Positions 1 through 12,419 of a DNA stretch of 64,000 nucleotides are shown piece by piece. This DNA is from Phoronis australis (taxonomy: Eukaryota; Animalia; Phoronida). The position numbers were made by a program, and so were the translations under genes. The stretch covers positions 986,372 through 1,050,371 of the forward strand of contig NMRA01000089.1 in NCBI GenBank assembly GCA_002633005.1, given 5' to 3'. The number at the start of each line of letters is the position of its first letter. Position 1 is the stretch's first letter. The notes beneath the pieces are model-generated. The model was not told the origin of the DNA and did not search any database. It was given only the letters and a program-made list of their open reading frames with translations.

Positions 1-445
1 TACTCTCAGATATTGCATGCACACCAGCCTGTTTTTAGTTTATGGTAATACAAGTTTCTCGAGAAGATGACGAGCTGTCCGGGCTGTGTTTAATTTTGGG
101 GTCTGTCGGAGCTCAATACACAGTGGCACCTTGCTGTCGTTTGAAGATTAAATTGATACAGCTAGGTGGCTGGATAGGAAGGCTCATACTTCGACACGAT
201 GTTTTTACTCCGAAAGTGACAACAAATTCAGAATGGTGTATTATTATCTTTGACACTATAACCGATCACATTCTTCCGTTTTCATTCCTCCATGTTCGTA
301 ATATCTACACTATGTTGCTTGTATATTGTTCCTTAAACAAAAGTTGGTTTATTGCTGTACAAACATATTAAGTATTCCTACAAAAATAAACAATAATAAG
401 TCTGTGGGAAAGCGCAATACGCAACGTGTTGAAGTTATCATCAAG
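1..445 (-). mobile_element. Same family, partial inverted copy at the window edge
   Basis: Homologous to 21270-21727 and to the reverse complement of ~5635-6090. Confidence 0.75.
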
Positions 446-2249
446 GTCTTACTTCATGAATACTGATTGGCTGCCGAACAAATACGGACCCTAATAAGGA
501 CAACGCGCATTCTGATTTTGTCAATTGGCACAAGTGACCAGCTTCGTTTATATCTGTCGTTAGCAACCAGAAACAACAAGCAGCCATTTTGACGGCTTGA
601 TTACATCAGATTTGATTTTGATCGGAAGTTTATTGCGTCTCTTTGATGCAACACAGATTGAAAATGGGGTAAAAAGAACGAGCGGTGAAGCAACCTTTTG
701 AACTAGCGAAGGGGGAAGGAAATACATGTAACAGCTTTCAAAAGCACGTGAGGCAAATTCCACATTCAATAAGGCGCAAGTCAACGATTCGGCCAGTGTG
801 TCTGGTTATAACGAATGATAATTGTCGTAGGACAGTTCAAACTGTATTATATCTGACTTTGAAAGAATTGTTCCAGACTCTACTTCCAGAAGAAAACTTA
901 CTAACGTTTAGTTGATACCCACGATAATAATAAGTTGAGTGGTAAGGAAATCGATATACAGACTGGTTTTTACTTGACCTGTTGACCTGTAGATGTTCCA
1001 GTTGAATAACAACATAACATGTTCCGGCCTGGGTGTTCTGCATTATTAAATCGTAAAATTGTGCCAATAATTAACCACAGAGATTCAGAAAATACATTGG
1101 AGAACAAGTCAATGCATCAAAGAGCTGTCTGTTTTTTTTTCGGAAAACTAGGGTCGAATCATGATAAGCAAATATGGTTAATTTGGAGAGATCTTGTTGC
1201 GGATTAGGTACATGCTGAATGCAGATTTACCTTTCTTGTAGTAAACTTTTGATGAACGTGCTTTCAACATGAAGCAGTTCATCTCCTTGTATTTTGACGA
1301 GTTCAACTTATGTTTGACAGTGGTGGCTCATCGCATACTGCTGTCAGGTGCAAGTCACATCTGGTTTAAAGTGTTGATCAAGAATAGTGATATCATGCTT
1401 AGCCCTGGTAGTGAGGTAGGGACTACCGGGACTAACAAATGATTTGTCATTGATCTGCAAGAATGATAGATGTTTTTAATGATGTTTTAATTAAAATGCA
1501 AAACAGGCTGATCATTGAGACTAAAAATCATTTGAACACCAATTCTGCTCAATTAGATTTAACAACTATGTACATGTGTTAGGCTTCAAATATCAATCTG
1601 GACATGTTGAATTTTAAACTTAAAACACCTAATTCTTTCGTCCAAAGCATTAACTGAAAAATATCCCCTTCGTTTTAGAGCTCAATTTCAGTTATTTGGA
1701 CAGATCAAGCATGGTTGTAATGTTTATTCAGGGGCCTCGTTCATCGAAGGGGAAAGGTGTCTCTGCGTTCTGATAGGAGAACTTGTCTCCGGATGAGGGG
1801 AAAAATCTACCTCGCGATCACCATGAATAGCACACCCGCCCTGTTGTGAGCTCTCAAAGGCTCTGTTTATAGCAGCATTTTGTGCTCTTTCAAATTGTCA
1901 AACTGTGTGGTTACAGCTGATTTGAACTTCGAGAACTAATTATTAGTCATTTAGTCAAATTTTTAGCCCTCGTGGGGGAAGAATTTTGCGTGAGTTTTCA
2001 ATATTTTTTATAAGGATTAAGGCTTATATTTGGAAAAAAAACTTAGAGGACTTGAGGGTCCAGTACTTTTTGGAAAGAAATGTATCATACATTGTAGTTC
2101 AACCCGTAGTCATTAAAACAGACTGATGGTCGAAGATTCACCGGTTGTTGATGTGACAACCGGCAACCGAGACACGACAAACTGTGATCAAACTTTCGAA
2201 AAAATATCAAGTTACCCTGAAACATTTCCCTTTGTCGCAGCGTATAGCA

Positions 2250-3720
2250 ACTGCCCAACTCTTTTAAAAGGCGTTAAACGATTTTTAAAAAAGAGTTGAA
2301 TGTCTGCGTCTTTCACCGTTCGAGCAATGTGGAGCACAAATATGCATAGTGAGCATTCTTTTGGAGAGCGCTTCTTGTCTGCTTGATTTAGGCGTATACA
2401 AGTCTATGGTCAAATATCGTGTGATACAAGGTGAAATGCCTCTCGTGTGGTTGGATAATATAACTGTTAGCGGCAATCAGTCATTACAAAGATATCGGGA
2501 CTTCTGTAACTTAGTAGCGAGAGCATTAGACCGACTCTCTAGAAACCTGTGGTTTGATTTCGAGGTGGTGTTCTATAACTTTACCGTTATTTGATTTACA
2601 TATATGCTGATCGTGAAATTAATTTCATTTTTCATTTTCAGATACCACTAATTCACCTGGAAGTGGAAGAGTTGTCGGTATGTCGATCACTTTTCTCGAA
2701 GATTAGGCTTATTCTGTTCTTTGGTGACATAGAGCTAAGCATACGTAACTAGAAAATTACTTTAAAGAGTTCCCACCATGCATTGAGGTTTCATTTGTCT
2801 AATATTAAGTGAATACCACTTTTAATGCCAAAGAATAGCAAAATTTTAAATTTTGAAGACAAATTAGTCATTTCCAACTTTCCTACCAAATGATGTAATG
2901 GGTGAAAGAGATCTGGTCACTTGTCAATCATTTGCAAAGGCAGAACACACCAGATCAGCAGACAAAGACTATCTTGAGCGATAACTGGACGATTATTATG
3001 CAGACAGGGAATTGAGAGGATAGCAGCATCACTCAAGTGCTTGAAGAATCAGAAGTAGAATCCGATTTCCCACTAAGTGATCTTTCCCCATATGTACTCG
3101 ATCCACCTGTACGAGGAATGCTGCAGACATGTATGAGCCACAACCAACTGAACCAAAGGTTAATCATTTTCCAAAAATAGACACTGACAAAGGGGACAGT
3201 AGACCTAGGTCACTGGTATACACTATTGCCATGATGAACCCATGGTCTAAACACAATGCATAGGCGTACACGTGTCGTAGTAATCAATCTGGGCCTGGAC
3301 CTTGGATCATTTGCACCAGAATTGAAGGAGTACTTTATAAAATTTGCAAATGCACTTACATGGCGGAAAGTACGTCATCATATTGGTCGAAATACTAGTA
3401 ATGGGTCGGACAAAGTTTGGCTGCCAGCTGAGTCAGATGCTCCACACTGACACGCAACACTTACGTGCAGTGCACAAAACCGATCTCCTTTCTGTGCAAC
3501 TTTCACGTATTCAGCAAATTTGAACGCGGAGAAGTACTCAGTCAAGTTGCTGTTATTACAGCCTTCACAAACGCACCTGTTTATGTTTGAAAGGGGGTCT
3601 ATCCGAAGACTTTCCTGACAACTCGGCCCTAAGTATCGCTCTGGTAAAAACAACAATGACTGGGACGGTCTTCCAGTATTACGGACAACCCCATTAACAA
3701 AGGGATATTTTTGTCTTGTT
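2250..3720 (+). mobile_element. Highly decayed coding remnants, possibly a KolobokP-like transposon (paralog at ~23000-24490)
   Basis: Fragments ITVSGNQSLQRYRDFCNLV, EESEVESDFPLSDLSPYVLDPP, MMNPWSKHNA and DKVWLPAESDA resemble KolobokP transposase and P2X7-tail-like proteins. Many stops and frameshifts. Confidence 0.3.
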
Positions 3721-4312
3721 TCTTAGCAACAGGTACACCAAATAGTATTAAGATGTACTGTTTTAATAATTTTTTGAAACACATGATCTTGGTGGGAACT
3801 TTTTAACGACAAGCAGTAACAGCGTCATTTACTCAACAACATAATTTCATTAGTTGTTGATATCTGTAAGAGGCATCAGTTGAAATATATCTTATTTAAG
3901 TAAAAATATATTGATCAGTCTCTCGGGAAACTAGGGCGCAACATCGTCACATATATATTGGTGGATAGGCGTACCTTTTTGTTCTCTTTGTTTTTTTTTC
4001 CTCATAATAAAGATACTGGCAAGACTCAACAAAAGGAAACAAGAGTGACGTCCCATAGGCTATAACCATACTACGTGCTTAAATGGATCGCACAAGTTAA
4101 ACAATAGTTTGCAAAATACACATATCATGTGACTTGGATGTGCAATTACTTGAGGAAAATAGCAAATGCAAAAGGAAATCATACCGAATTAAAAGACTAA
4201 CAAAACCTAAAAACTGACAAAAGCTTAACAAGAGAACAAATTAAATCGAATGTCTTAGCAGTGTATTCAAAAACAAGGTTGTCTGAAAATAGACTGACAC
4301 AGTTTTTAGTTG

Positions 4313-7300
4313 TATTGTTACTCTGCGCGTGTGAGCGCAGAGTACTGTTGTTCCTGGGTTTTCTTCAATTTTATTCTTATTCTTCATATTCTTCTGATTC
4401 TTCTTCCGACCAACTTTGAGGCTTAATAACTCCAAAATGGGTGTTGGTACGGTCTTTAAATTCACAGTATGATTTTTGACAGTATATCAATTTTGAAACG
4501 TTATGCAATCATATTCTATATTGCACCGGAAGATGTCGTTTGGTGCAAAGGTCGTATAATTTTGAAAATGTATCTGTTTAGGTTTAAAGCAATCTTTTTC
4601 AAAGTCGGTGCACAGGTATAAGTCATCAACACAATTAAAAAAAAAATACTTTTCTGAGTAATTAAATCATCCAATCAGATAAATTAGGTTAAAGGTCATT
4701 AGGTGCAAACTGAAATTTTGAGCTAGACTCTTCAAATTCACAAGTCTCATTGGTACGTCCAATTCAACTCGAAATAAAAGTTTCAGGTCATTTAGTGCAA
4801 TCATGGGGTCATTAGGTGCATTTTTGTTCTGGAAATTTGTCCTATTTATTCACCAAGTATTCTGATGTGTGGACCGTTAGACAACTGTGATTCTCAACAT
4901 TAAATACTACTTTTTACGAGCTTTGGAATGAATCTCCTTAAGATGCTTATAATGCACCGGATAGGGTCAATTAGTGCAAAGGTCACATAACGTTCAAAAT
5001 GTGATACAGCACACATCACGAATTTTTGGCCGACCGGTCGGAAATTGGTCGACGACCGGCCGTCGACCGGTCGTCTAGCCGACCAGCAGCCGACCAACAA
5101 CGGTCGGCTAGGAGCCGTCTACTGAGTCGCTTCTGTGGTCGGCACTTGGGTCGGCTAAGTGGTCGCCTAGCGTAGACGACCAATTCGGATTAAGCGTGCC
5201 CTTGGTCGGCAATTACCATTTTATGACTTAACGGGTGAACTTTGGCCAAACAAACATTTTACTGTTCGCTGTTCGTTCACCACTGGCAACTCAGGTCTTG
5301 ACATCGGTTTATAAACTTTTGTTCAACTATTGAAAGGAAATAAAATCGAATCAACCTACAAATACGAAGTGCGTGACATTACACCAGCCTAAAACTTTAT
5401 GTTGAATTAATGACGGCGTGGTAAAATCAAACGTTAAGTGATATCGCGGAAGCATAATTTCTAAATTTAGATATGAGACTTTTTATACAGTACATTTTGC
5501 ACAAAAACAAGCACGAAATTTGAAATTTACAGTAAAATTGCATAACAATCAGAATACAACACTCAATACACGACCTCAAGTGTTTTCATGCAGCGGAATG
5601 CTCAACAAGCATCACGCATTTGCGCTCATCCGTTATTGCTCTTGATGATCACTTCATCACGCTGTATATTGCGATTTACCACAGATAATTATTGCTTATT
5701 TCTGTATAATTTCTTAATATGTTGGTACAGCAATAGAACCCAATTTTATTTTAGAAACAACATAAACAATGGTTTGAACATAGCGCCGATATTAAAGCAT
5801 GGGCGCATGAAAACGGAAGACTGATCGGTTTATAGTGTCATCCATCATCCATCATCATTCAGAAATTGTTGTCACTTTCGCAGTAAAACATCTTTTCGAA
5901 ACTAGAGCCTTCCTATGTAGCCAGCTAGTTGCATGAAGACTATTTTCAAAATACAGCAAGGTGCCACTGCTTATTGAGACCAAACAGACCTCGATACTTC
6001 ACACAGCCCGGATAGTTACGTTTGTCACCTCGTCGAAAAACTTGTATCAACATGAGCTCAAGACTGGCGGGTGTGCATGCAAAATCTGGAAGTCAATTGG
6101 CATTCAAGTTGCCCGTTACGGCCGTTTAAGTGAGAAACATCCGACGTCATCTTCTTGCGTAATTCTCTGCCTTTTTAACGAAAAAACGTATATCGTCGTT
6201 TTGAAAAAAGTTCATTGTGACACGCGCCACTTCCAAAATGTTTTCAACATCTCCCATTAGATGATGAACACATCTCAGCAAAATTTGTTCTAAAATTCGG
6301 TTCACTGATATCAAAATTCCAAAAACATATAATGAAGTGAAACCAATTCTGATCATTTGTTGTGACGTTTACGTAACCTCGAGGGAGAACGTTTGATTGA
6401 AGAATCTGGGAAAAAGAAACTGGCTAAAAGGTGACGCAATATTTCATTGGGGCGAAAGTCGACGCATAAGATCACAACATAACTTTAGCAGCAGAATAAT
6501 TGTAGAAAACCATTTTTTGCAACGCTGGTAAATAATTTAGTTTACTCTAGGAAGATTTTATTCGGTCAGTTTTTACCCACAATGGCGCAAATTTGTATAT
6601 TTAATTTAGTAAACAGCTTCGCACCAAGGCTACAGCCTTCCGAGCCCTTTCGCGTAAGAACACAATACTTGGCGTTTCGCGTATACTCCAAGGGGTAAAA
6701 CTTTGAAAATAATATTTTCGGGGTAACCTGGTACATGTAATCCTAAAAAAAGTAGTCTGTGTTTTCATGTAGAGCGTAAAATGATTAACCCATTGATTCA
6801 AAAAGAACACTCTCGCAAACGAAAACGCACACAATTTTCAGCTATATTACACTGGTTAAAAAACAACTTCTATAAGTTGATTGCATCGGATTCTAGTGAT
6901 CACAGGGCAAGTCAAAACTCTTAAAGGGGCGCAATTTCAAACCTTTGGCATGAATCAGTGATATAAAAATGGAAATACATGTAGACCGACTTTAGTTCAT
7001 CAGCAATCTAGACACAACAGTTACAGACACTCACTGCGTTTGTTAACGTCTTGTGGCAATGATAAAAATAATTTTTTCTACTATGATTGATAACAAGTTT
7101 TACTCTGATGAGGTATGATGCAATATGCACGTCTGATATGCAGAGTCAGCAGTTGCAAAAATATTTACTGGGTTTAATGAATCCGTTTGTTATGAACCAC
7201 TGCAAAAGTATAATTACTAATTGTACATTCGAAGCACGCCTCATTAGAATAAAAACATACACATGCTTGATGATCCTGGGAGTACCTCTTTTACAGGCAT

Positions 7301-10300
7301 GAATGAAGATATATAGTTGTTAAGCCATAGAGGATAATAAAGCTTAGATAATATCACACTGAGCCATGTACACCAGGCATATACAAAGGATACAGTATTT
7401 CAAAAGAAGCCTCAACTACTCATTTTTCATAGTCATAACTACTCATTTTTCATAGTATTACTAAATCACGAACACCTAGATTTATATTAGAAGTTACATA
7501 GTACGATGCTACACAACCTGCTCTCCCCCCATTTATGGGAGGCCTAATTTTAAACATTTAACGACATATCTTTTCTATGCATGATTAAAACCAAGCAAAA
7601 CATGCAAACTCTCCAGGACCAAAAATAAATATCTCAAAACCAGACATTTTACTTAAGCAGGAATTAAAACAATCCAATACATTGAGATTGTTTTCACACA
7701 GAAGACCAAAGAGCAAATAAAGACCAAATTCACCACGTCAAGACTGAAAATTTATCACATCAGCACCTATAATTTATCAAGTGAGGACCAAAAATTCTTC
7801 ACTTCAGGATCAAAATAAAATACGACCGAACTGAAAATTTAATAAGTCAGGTTCAAAAACTTACCATGTCAGTAACTTTCACGCCAGAACACCACGTCAC
7901 CATCCCCAAGCATTGATCTTTCAAAGTGATACTGTCCGTACTATACTAAACAAGGGCTATATATTCAACCTCTCGCCGACAACAGATATATTATCTTCGA
8001 AATGCGGTTGAATTTCTTTCGTCTAATCCACGTTTTACAATAGATGCCAATGTATAGGTACACACTGGATTGTCATCATTGCATAATGGGTGATCACGTA
8101 GTCTCCGGGCATGAAAACAATTCTCTCCGGGCGTGATAAGTTTTCTAACGCAATAAATCCTGGTTGCCAATTGTTTTTGATTCTACAGAGATTTCAATTC
8201 CTGAATAGAAAATGTGTGTTCTGGATTTTTCCGCTTCAGCTTTCCATTCAGGTAACTAGTGCACAGCACAGTGTTTTTACTATCCCGTGCGGCTCCACTG
8301 CAACGAATCACTTCTGGTACAATCTTTCGTAAACGACGTTCGTATTTTGCACATTTCTTCGGGGTAACAGTTTTCCAAGAGCTATATATTCATTGGACAA
8401 GTTTCTGTTTGGTAATCGGTTTTATTTTCTGTCTCAGGTAGTCCTTGAGCTCATGCTCTGAATGTTTTGAAAACGCAACTCTTTATTTACGCAGATACGT
8501 TTTCCTGCCCGTGGGCACCGACTCGCTGAATTCACCAACCAAACATTTATTTTTGAAAATGCACTCAAAAGTGTAGTTAAAACACCGTGTTGATCATAGT
8601 CGTCAGTGCAGAAAAGCGAAATGAACAAATTTGTACACACTGCTCAAAGCACTTTTGTGGACATACGGAAACGCCAACGTCTCTGTCTTACAACTCTGCG
8701 TGTGCTTGGCATTTCTGATCAAAGCGCTCTCATGCTGGAAACTTTATTAAGACTGAGCACCGTTTCAAAAAATTGTATATTTTCTTACAGCTGAGCACAG
8801 AATTATTATGCGATTTTAGGACTGAAACGGAACCAAATCTCGAGTGGTGACTCATTAGAATGTGCAAAATTCGGGGAGGGGGGTGGCTGGCAATACAAGC
8901 ATGATTTTTTTATTTTCGCGCCAAACATGTAGTTACCACTTCTCATTCAGCGTCACTTACTACCTGAGGTGGCCAGATCATACATGTACGCTATCAAGAT
9001 CACCAGACGCTTTGCTTCTCAAAAGTGCACCTTTGTGTATTTTCTATCATTTTTTGCCATCGCAATCGCTTTACCAAAGTTTCACGCACATATGCCGCGT
9101 AGAGACAAATACCTCTTCACCACGTATTCACATCTTGCCGTTCACAATTGTTTTATTTTGCATAATTTGTCAATATGTTGTTGACAGAAAATATTTATTT
9201 TTGGAACAACGTGAACGACCAACTGATAGGGGACTACGTGTATACATGTAACTGCTAGCCCAGATTTTAACGTCACCGATACACTGAAAACGGAATGCGC
9301 AAGGCTACTTTGCTGTAGCCTCAACAGTGGTGATGTCACCGTCTTAGTTCGTGGAAATCGTAACCATAATATGATTTCGAAGTTAGAGCCATCGAAGTCC
9401 GTGGGTTTAGGGCATACTGGACCGTGAATTTCGCGTCTGTACTGCAAGGGTCAATACTATGAAAATAAAATCCCTGGAGTGAGAGCTTTTCGCGGTGTAA
9501 GAACTCACTCACTAATCCATCATCATGGGCGCGTGACAGGAGACCGGTGACTAACTTAAAAAAACGCAAAAAGATGCAGTTTGGCGTTACACAAACAACT
9601 TGAAATCAACTGCGGGCGAAGACTGCTAAAATAGCTGCGTTTACAAAATGACTACAGCGTTGTATTGACCGGGAAGCAACCGATCTAATACATCTTGTTA
9701 ACGTCACGAGTCAAATTAAAGATCAAATGTAAAGAAAACTTTCACGTTTTTCATCCAAAACTTGTTGCATTGTCCATAATCCAATGTTTACTATTACCGC
9801 TTGCCTTCAACCTTCGAATTAGTGGTATTACACAACCGACGTGAACTCATGTAACCGAGACAGTAAAACTAGGTTAATTTATTTGACCCTGTGCTAAGAC
9901 GAATATGCATCGACACGCAAAGTGGTATCAGCCTGACAACCTATTACGCAACTGCTACTCTAGCCTAAAAATAGCAGCCGACCAGCTGGTCGGCTGATGG
10001 CCGGTCGGCTGAAAGGTCGGCTGAAGGGTCGGCTGGGGAGTCGCCTTATGAGTCGGCTCTGCGGGTGGCTGCCGGTCGGCTAATTTTTAGCCGACCGGTC
10101 GGCCAATTAGCCGACCTGTCGACGGCTAGTCGTCGACCAATTTCCGACCGGGCGGCCAAAAATTCGTGATGTGTGCTGTATCTCCTGCAGTCTTCGAGGA
10201 ATTCTTTTCAATTTCAGCACACTGGTGTAATCCAACGTGCCAATTGAACACCCTACTTTACTAAGCAATAGGCCTATCCAATCAGAAAAAATATGTCAAA

Positions 10301-10745
10301 GGTCATTAAGTGCAAACTAACTTTTAGAGCTAGAGACTTCGAAATTGCGTATTTGCTTAGTAAATGTGATTGAGTTTGATTTCTAAAGTTTCGGGTCATT
10401 TTTGCACCCATGGGGTCATTAGGTGAATTTTTCTTCTGAAAGTTTGACCAAATCCTTCATCTTGTATTCTAATGTGCTTAAAGTAAGACATATGTTATTC
10501 TTAGCATTAACCACATTTTAATCGAGTTGACACTTATTCCCTCATCGGGGCTCATAATGCACCAGAAGAGGTCAAATAGTGAAATGGTCATCAAAATTTT
10601 CAGATGTAATTTCTCCTACAGTTTGAAAGAAATGTTTTTTCATATCAGTAAACAGGTTTGTCGTAAACAATTTTCCATAACAATTCCAGTAATACGCACG
10701 CGCAGATTCCATTATTGTCACGCCATAAGAATAACGCTTCTAGTT
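4313..10745 (+). mobile_element. Helentron-associated (HINE/DINE-1-like) element interrupted by copy A
   Basis: 5' hairpin actctgcgc-gtgtga-gcgcagagt (4320-4343), TTC-rich microsatellite, ~430-bp internal repeats rich in ggtcatt.ggtgcaaa, 3' sub-terminal inverted repeat cgcacgcgcaga (10695-10706), end ctagtt. Confidence 0.6.
5007..10178 (+). mobile_element. Non-autonomous TIR DNA transposon, copy A (5.2 kb, TA TSD)
   Basis: ~70-bp TIRs CAGCACACATCACGAATTTTTGGCCG..., many subterminal GCCGACC/GGTCGGC motifs, TA on both sides. The empty site is visible in the duplicate at ~26255. Confidence 0.88.
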
Positions 10746-11525
10746 GTTCCTGGGTTTTCTTCAATTGTATTCTTACTTTTAATTCGTCTTCCGACCAACT
10801 TCGAGGCTAAATAACTCCAAATTGGGTGCAGCTACGTTCTTTCAATTCAGCATATGATTCTTGAAAGTACATAAATTTTGATTCGTTATTTAATCATATT
10901 CCATAATGCACCGGAAGAGGTCATTTGGTGCAAAGGTCATACAATTTTCAAAATGCTACTCCTTCTGTATTTTAAAAGCTGTTATTTCCAAATACGTTAC
11001 ACAGGTATGAATCAATCAGGCAATTTAAAAATTACTATTCTAGGTAATCGGGTCATCCAATCAGGTTAAACAAGTCAAACGTCATTAGGTGCAAACTAAG
11101 ATTTTGAGTTAGACACTTCAAATTCACAGGTCTGATTGGCACAGGTAATTTAATTCGGAATCAAAAGTTTCAGGTCATTTAGTGCAAACATGGGACTTTA
11201 GCTCCATTTTTCTTCTGAAAATTTGACATTTATATTCACCCAGTATTCTGATGTTTCAACCGTTAGACAACTGTGATTCTCAGCATTAAACACATTTTTC
11301 ATGGGCTTTGCGATAATTCTCCTCAAGAAGCTTATAATGAACCGGAGACCTTCAATTGGTGCAAAGGTCATCTAACGATGAAAATGCTACATCTTGCGTT
11401 TTTCAAGGAATTCTTTTCAGTTTCAGCACACTGGTGTAAGTCAGCATGCCAATTGAACACACTACTTTACTATGCAATAGGCCTAGCCAATCAGAAAAAT
11501 AGGTCAAATGACATTGGGTGCAAAT
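10743..11525 (+). mobile_element. Second head-to-tail HINE-like copy, truncated at copy B
   Basis: Homologous to 4346-5006 plus 10179-10320. Confidence 0.6.
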
Positions 11526-12419
11526 TCAGTATTACATACAGCACACATGACGAATTTTTGTCCGGCCGGTCGGAAACTGGTCGATGACCGGCCGTCGACC
11601 GGTCGGCAAAAGAGCCGTCCGGCCGGCAAAAAATTAGCAGACCGGCAGCCGCCCACAATGCCAACTCATAAGGCGACTCCCCAGCCGACCCTTCCGCCGA
11701 CCCTTCAGCCGACCGACCATCAGCCGACTAGGCTAGAGTAGCAGTTGCGTAATAGGGTGTCAGGCTGATACCACTTTGCGTGTCGATGCATATTCGTCTT
11801 AGCACAGAGTGAAATAAATTAACCTAGTTTTACTGTCTCCGTTGTATGACTTCACACCGGTTGTGCAACACCACTAATTCGAAGGTTGAAGCCAAGCAGT
11901 AATTGTAAACGTTGGATTATGGACAATGCATCAAGTTTTGGATAAAAAAACTGAAAGTTTTCTTTACGTTTGATCTTTAATTTGACTCCTGACGTTAACC
12001 AGTTGCATTAGATTGGCTGCGTCCTGGTCAAAACAACGCTTAGTCATTTTGTAAATGCAGCTATTATTTTGACTGTCTTCGCCCACAATTGATCTTTGTT
12101 GGTGTAACGCCAAACGGCATCTTTGCGTTTTTAAGTTATTTGCGAGTCTCCTATCACGCACCCATGATGATGGGGGATTTTATTTTCACAGTATTAACCC
12201 TTGCAGCATAGAAGCGAAATTTAAGGTCCAGTATGCCCTAAAGCCAGGGACTTCGATGGCTCTAACTTCGAAAGCATGCTATGGTTACGAATTCCACGAA
12301 CTTAGATGGTGACATCAAACACGGAATGACCAATGTTGAGGCTACACCCAATTCTAGCTTTGATCATTCCGTTTTCATGGCGGTGACGTTAAAATCTGGT
12401 CTTGTTACATTTACACGTA

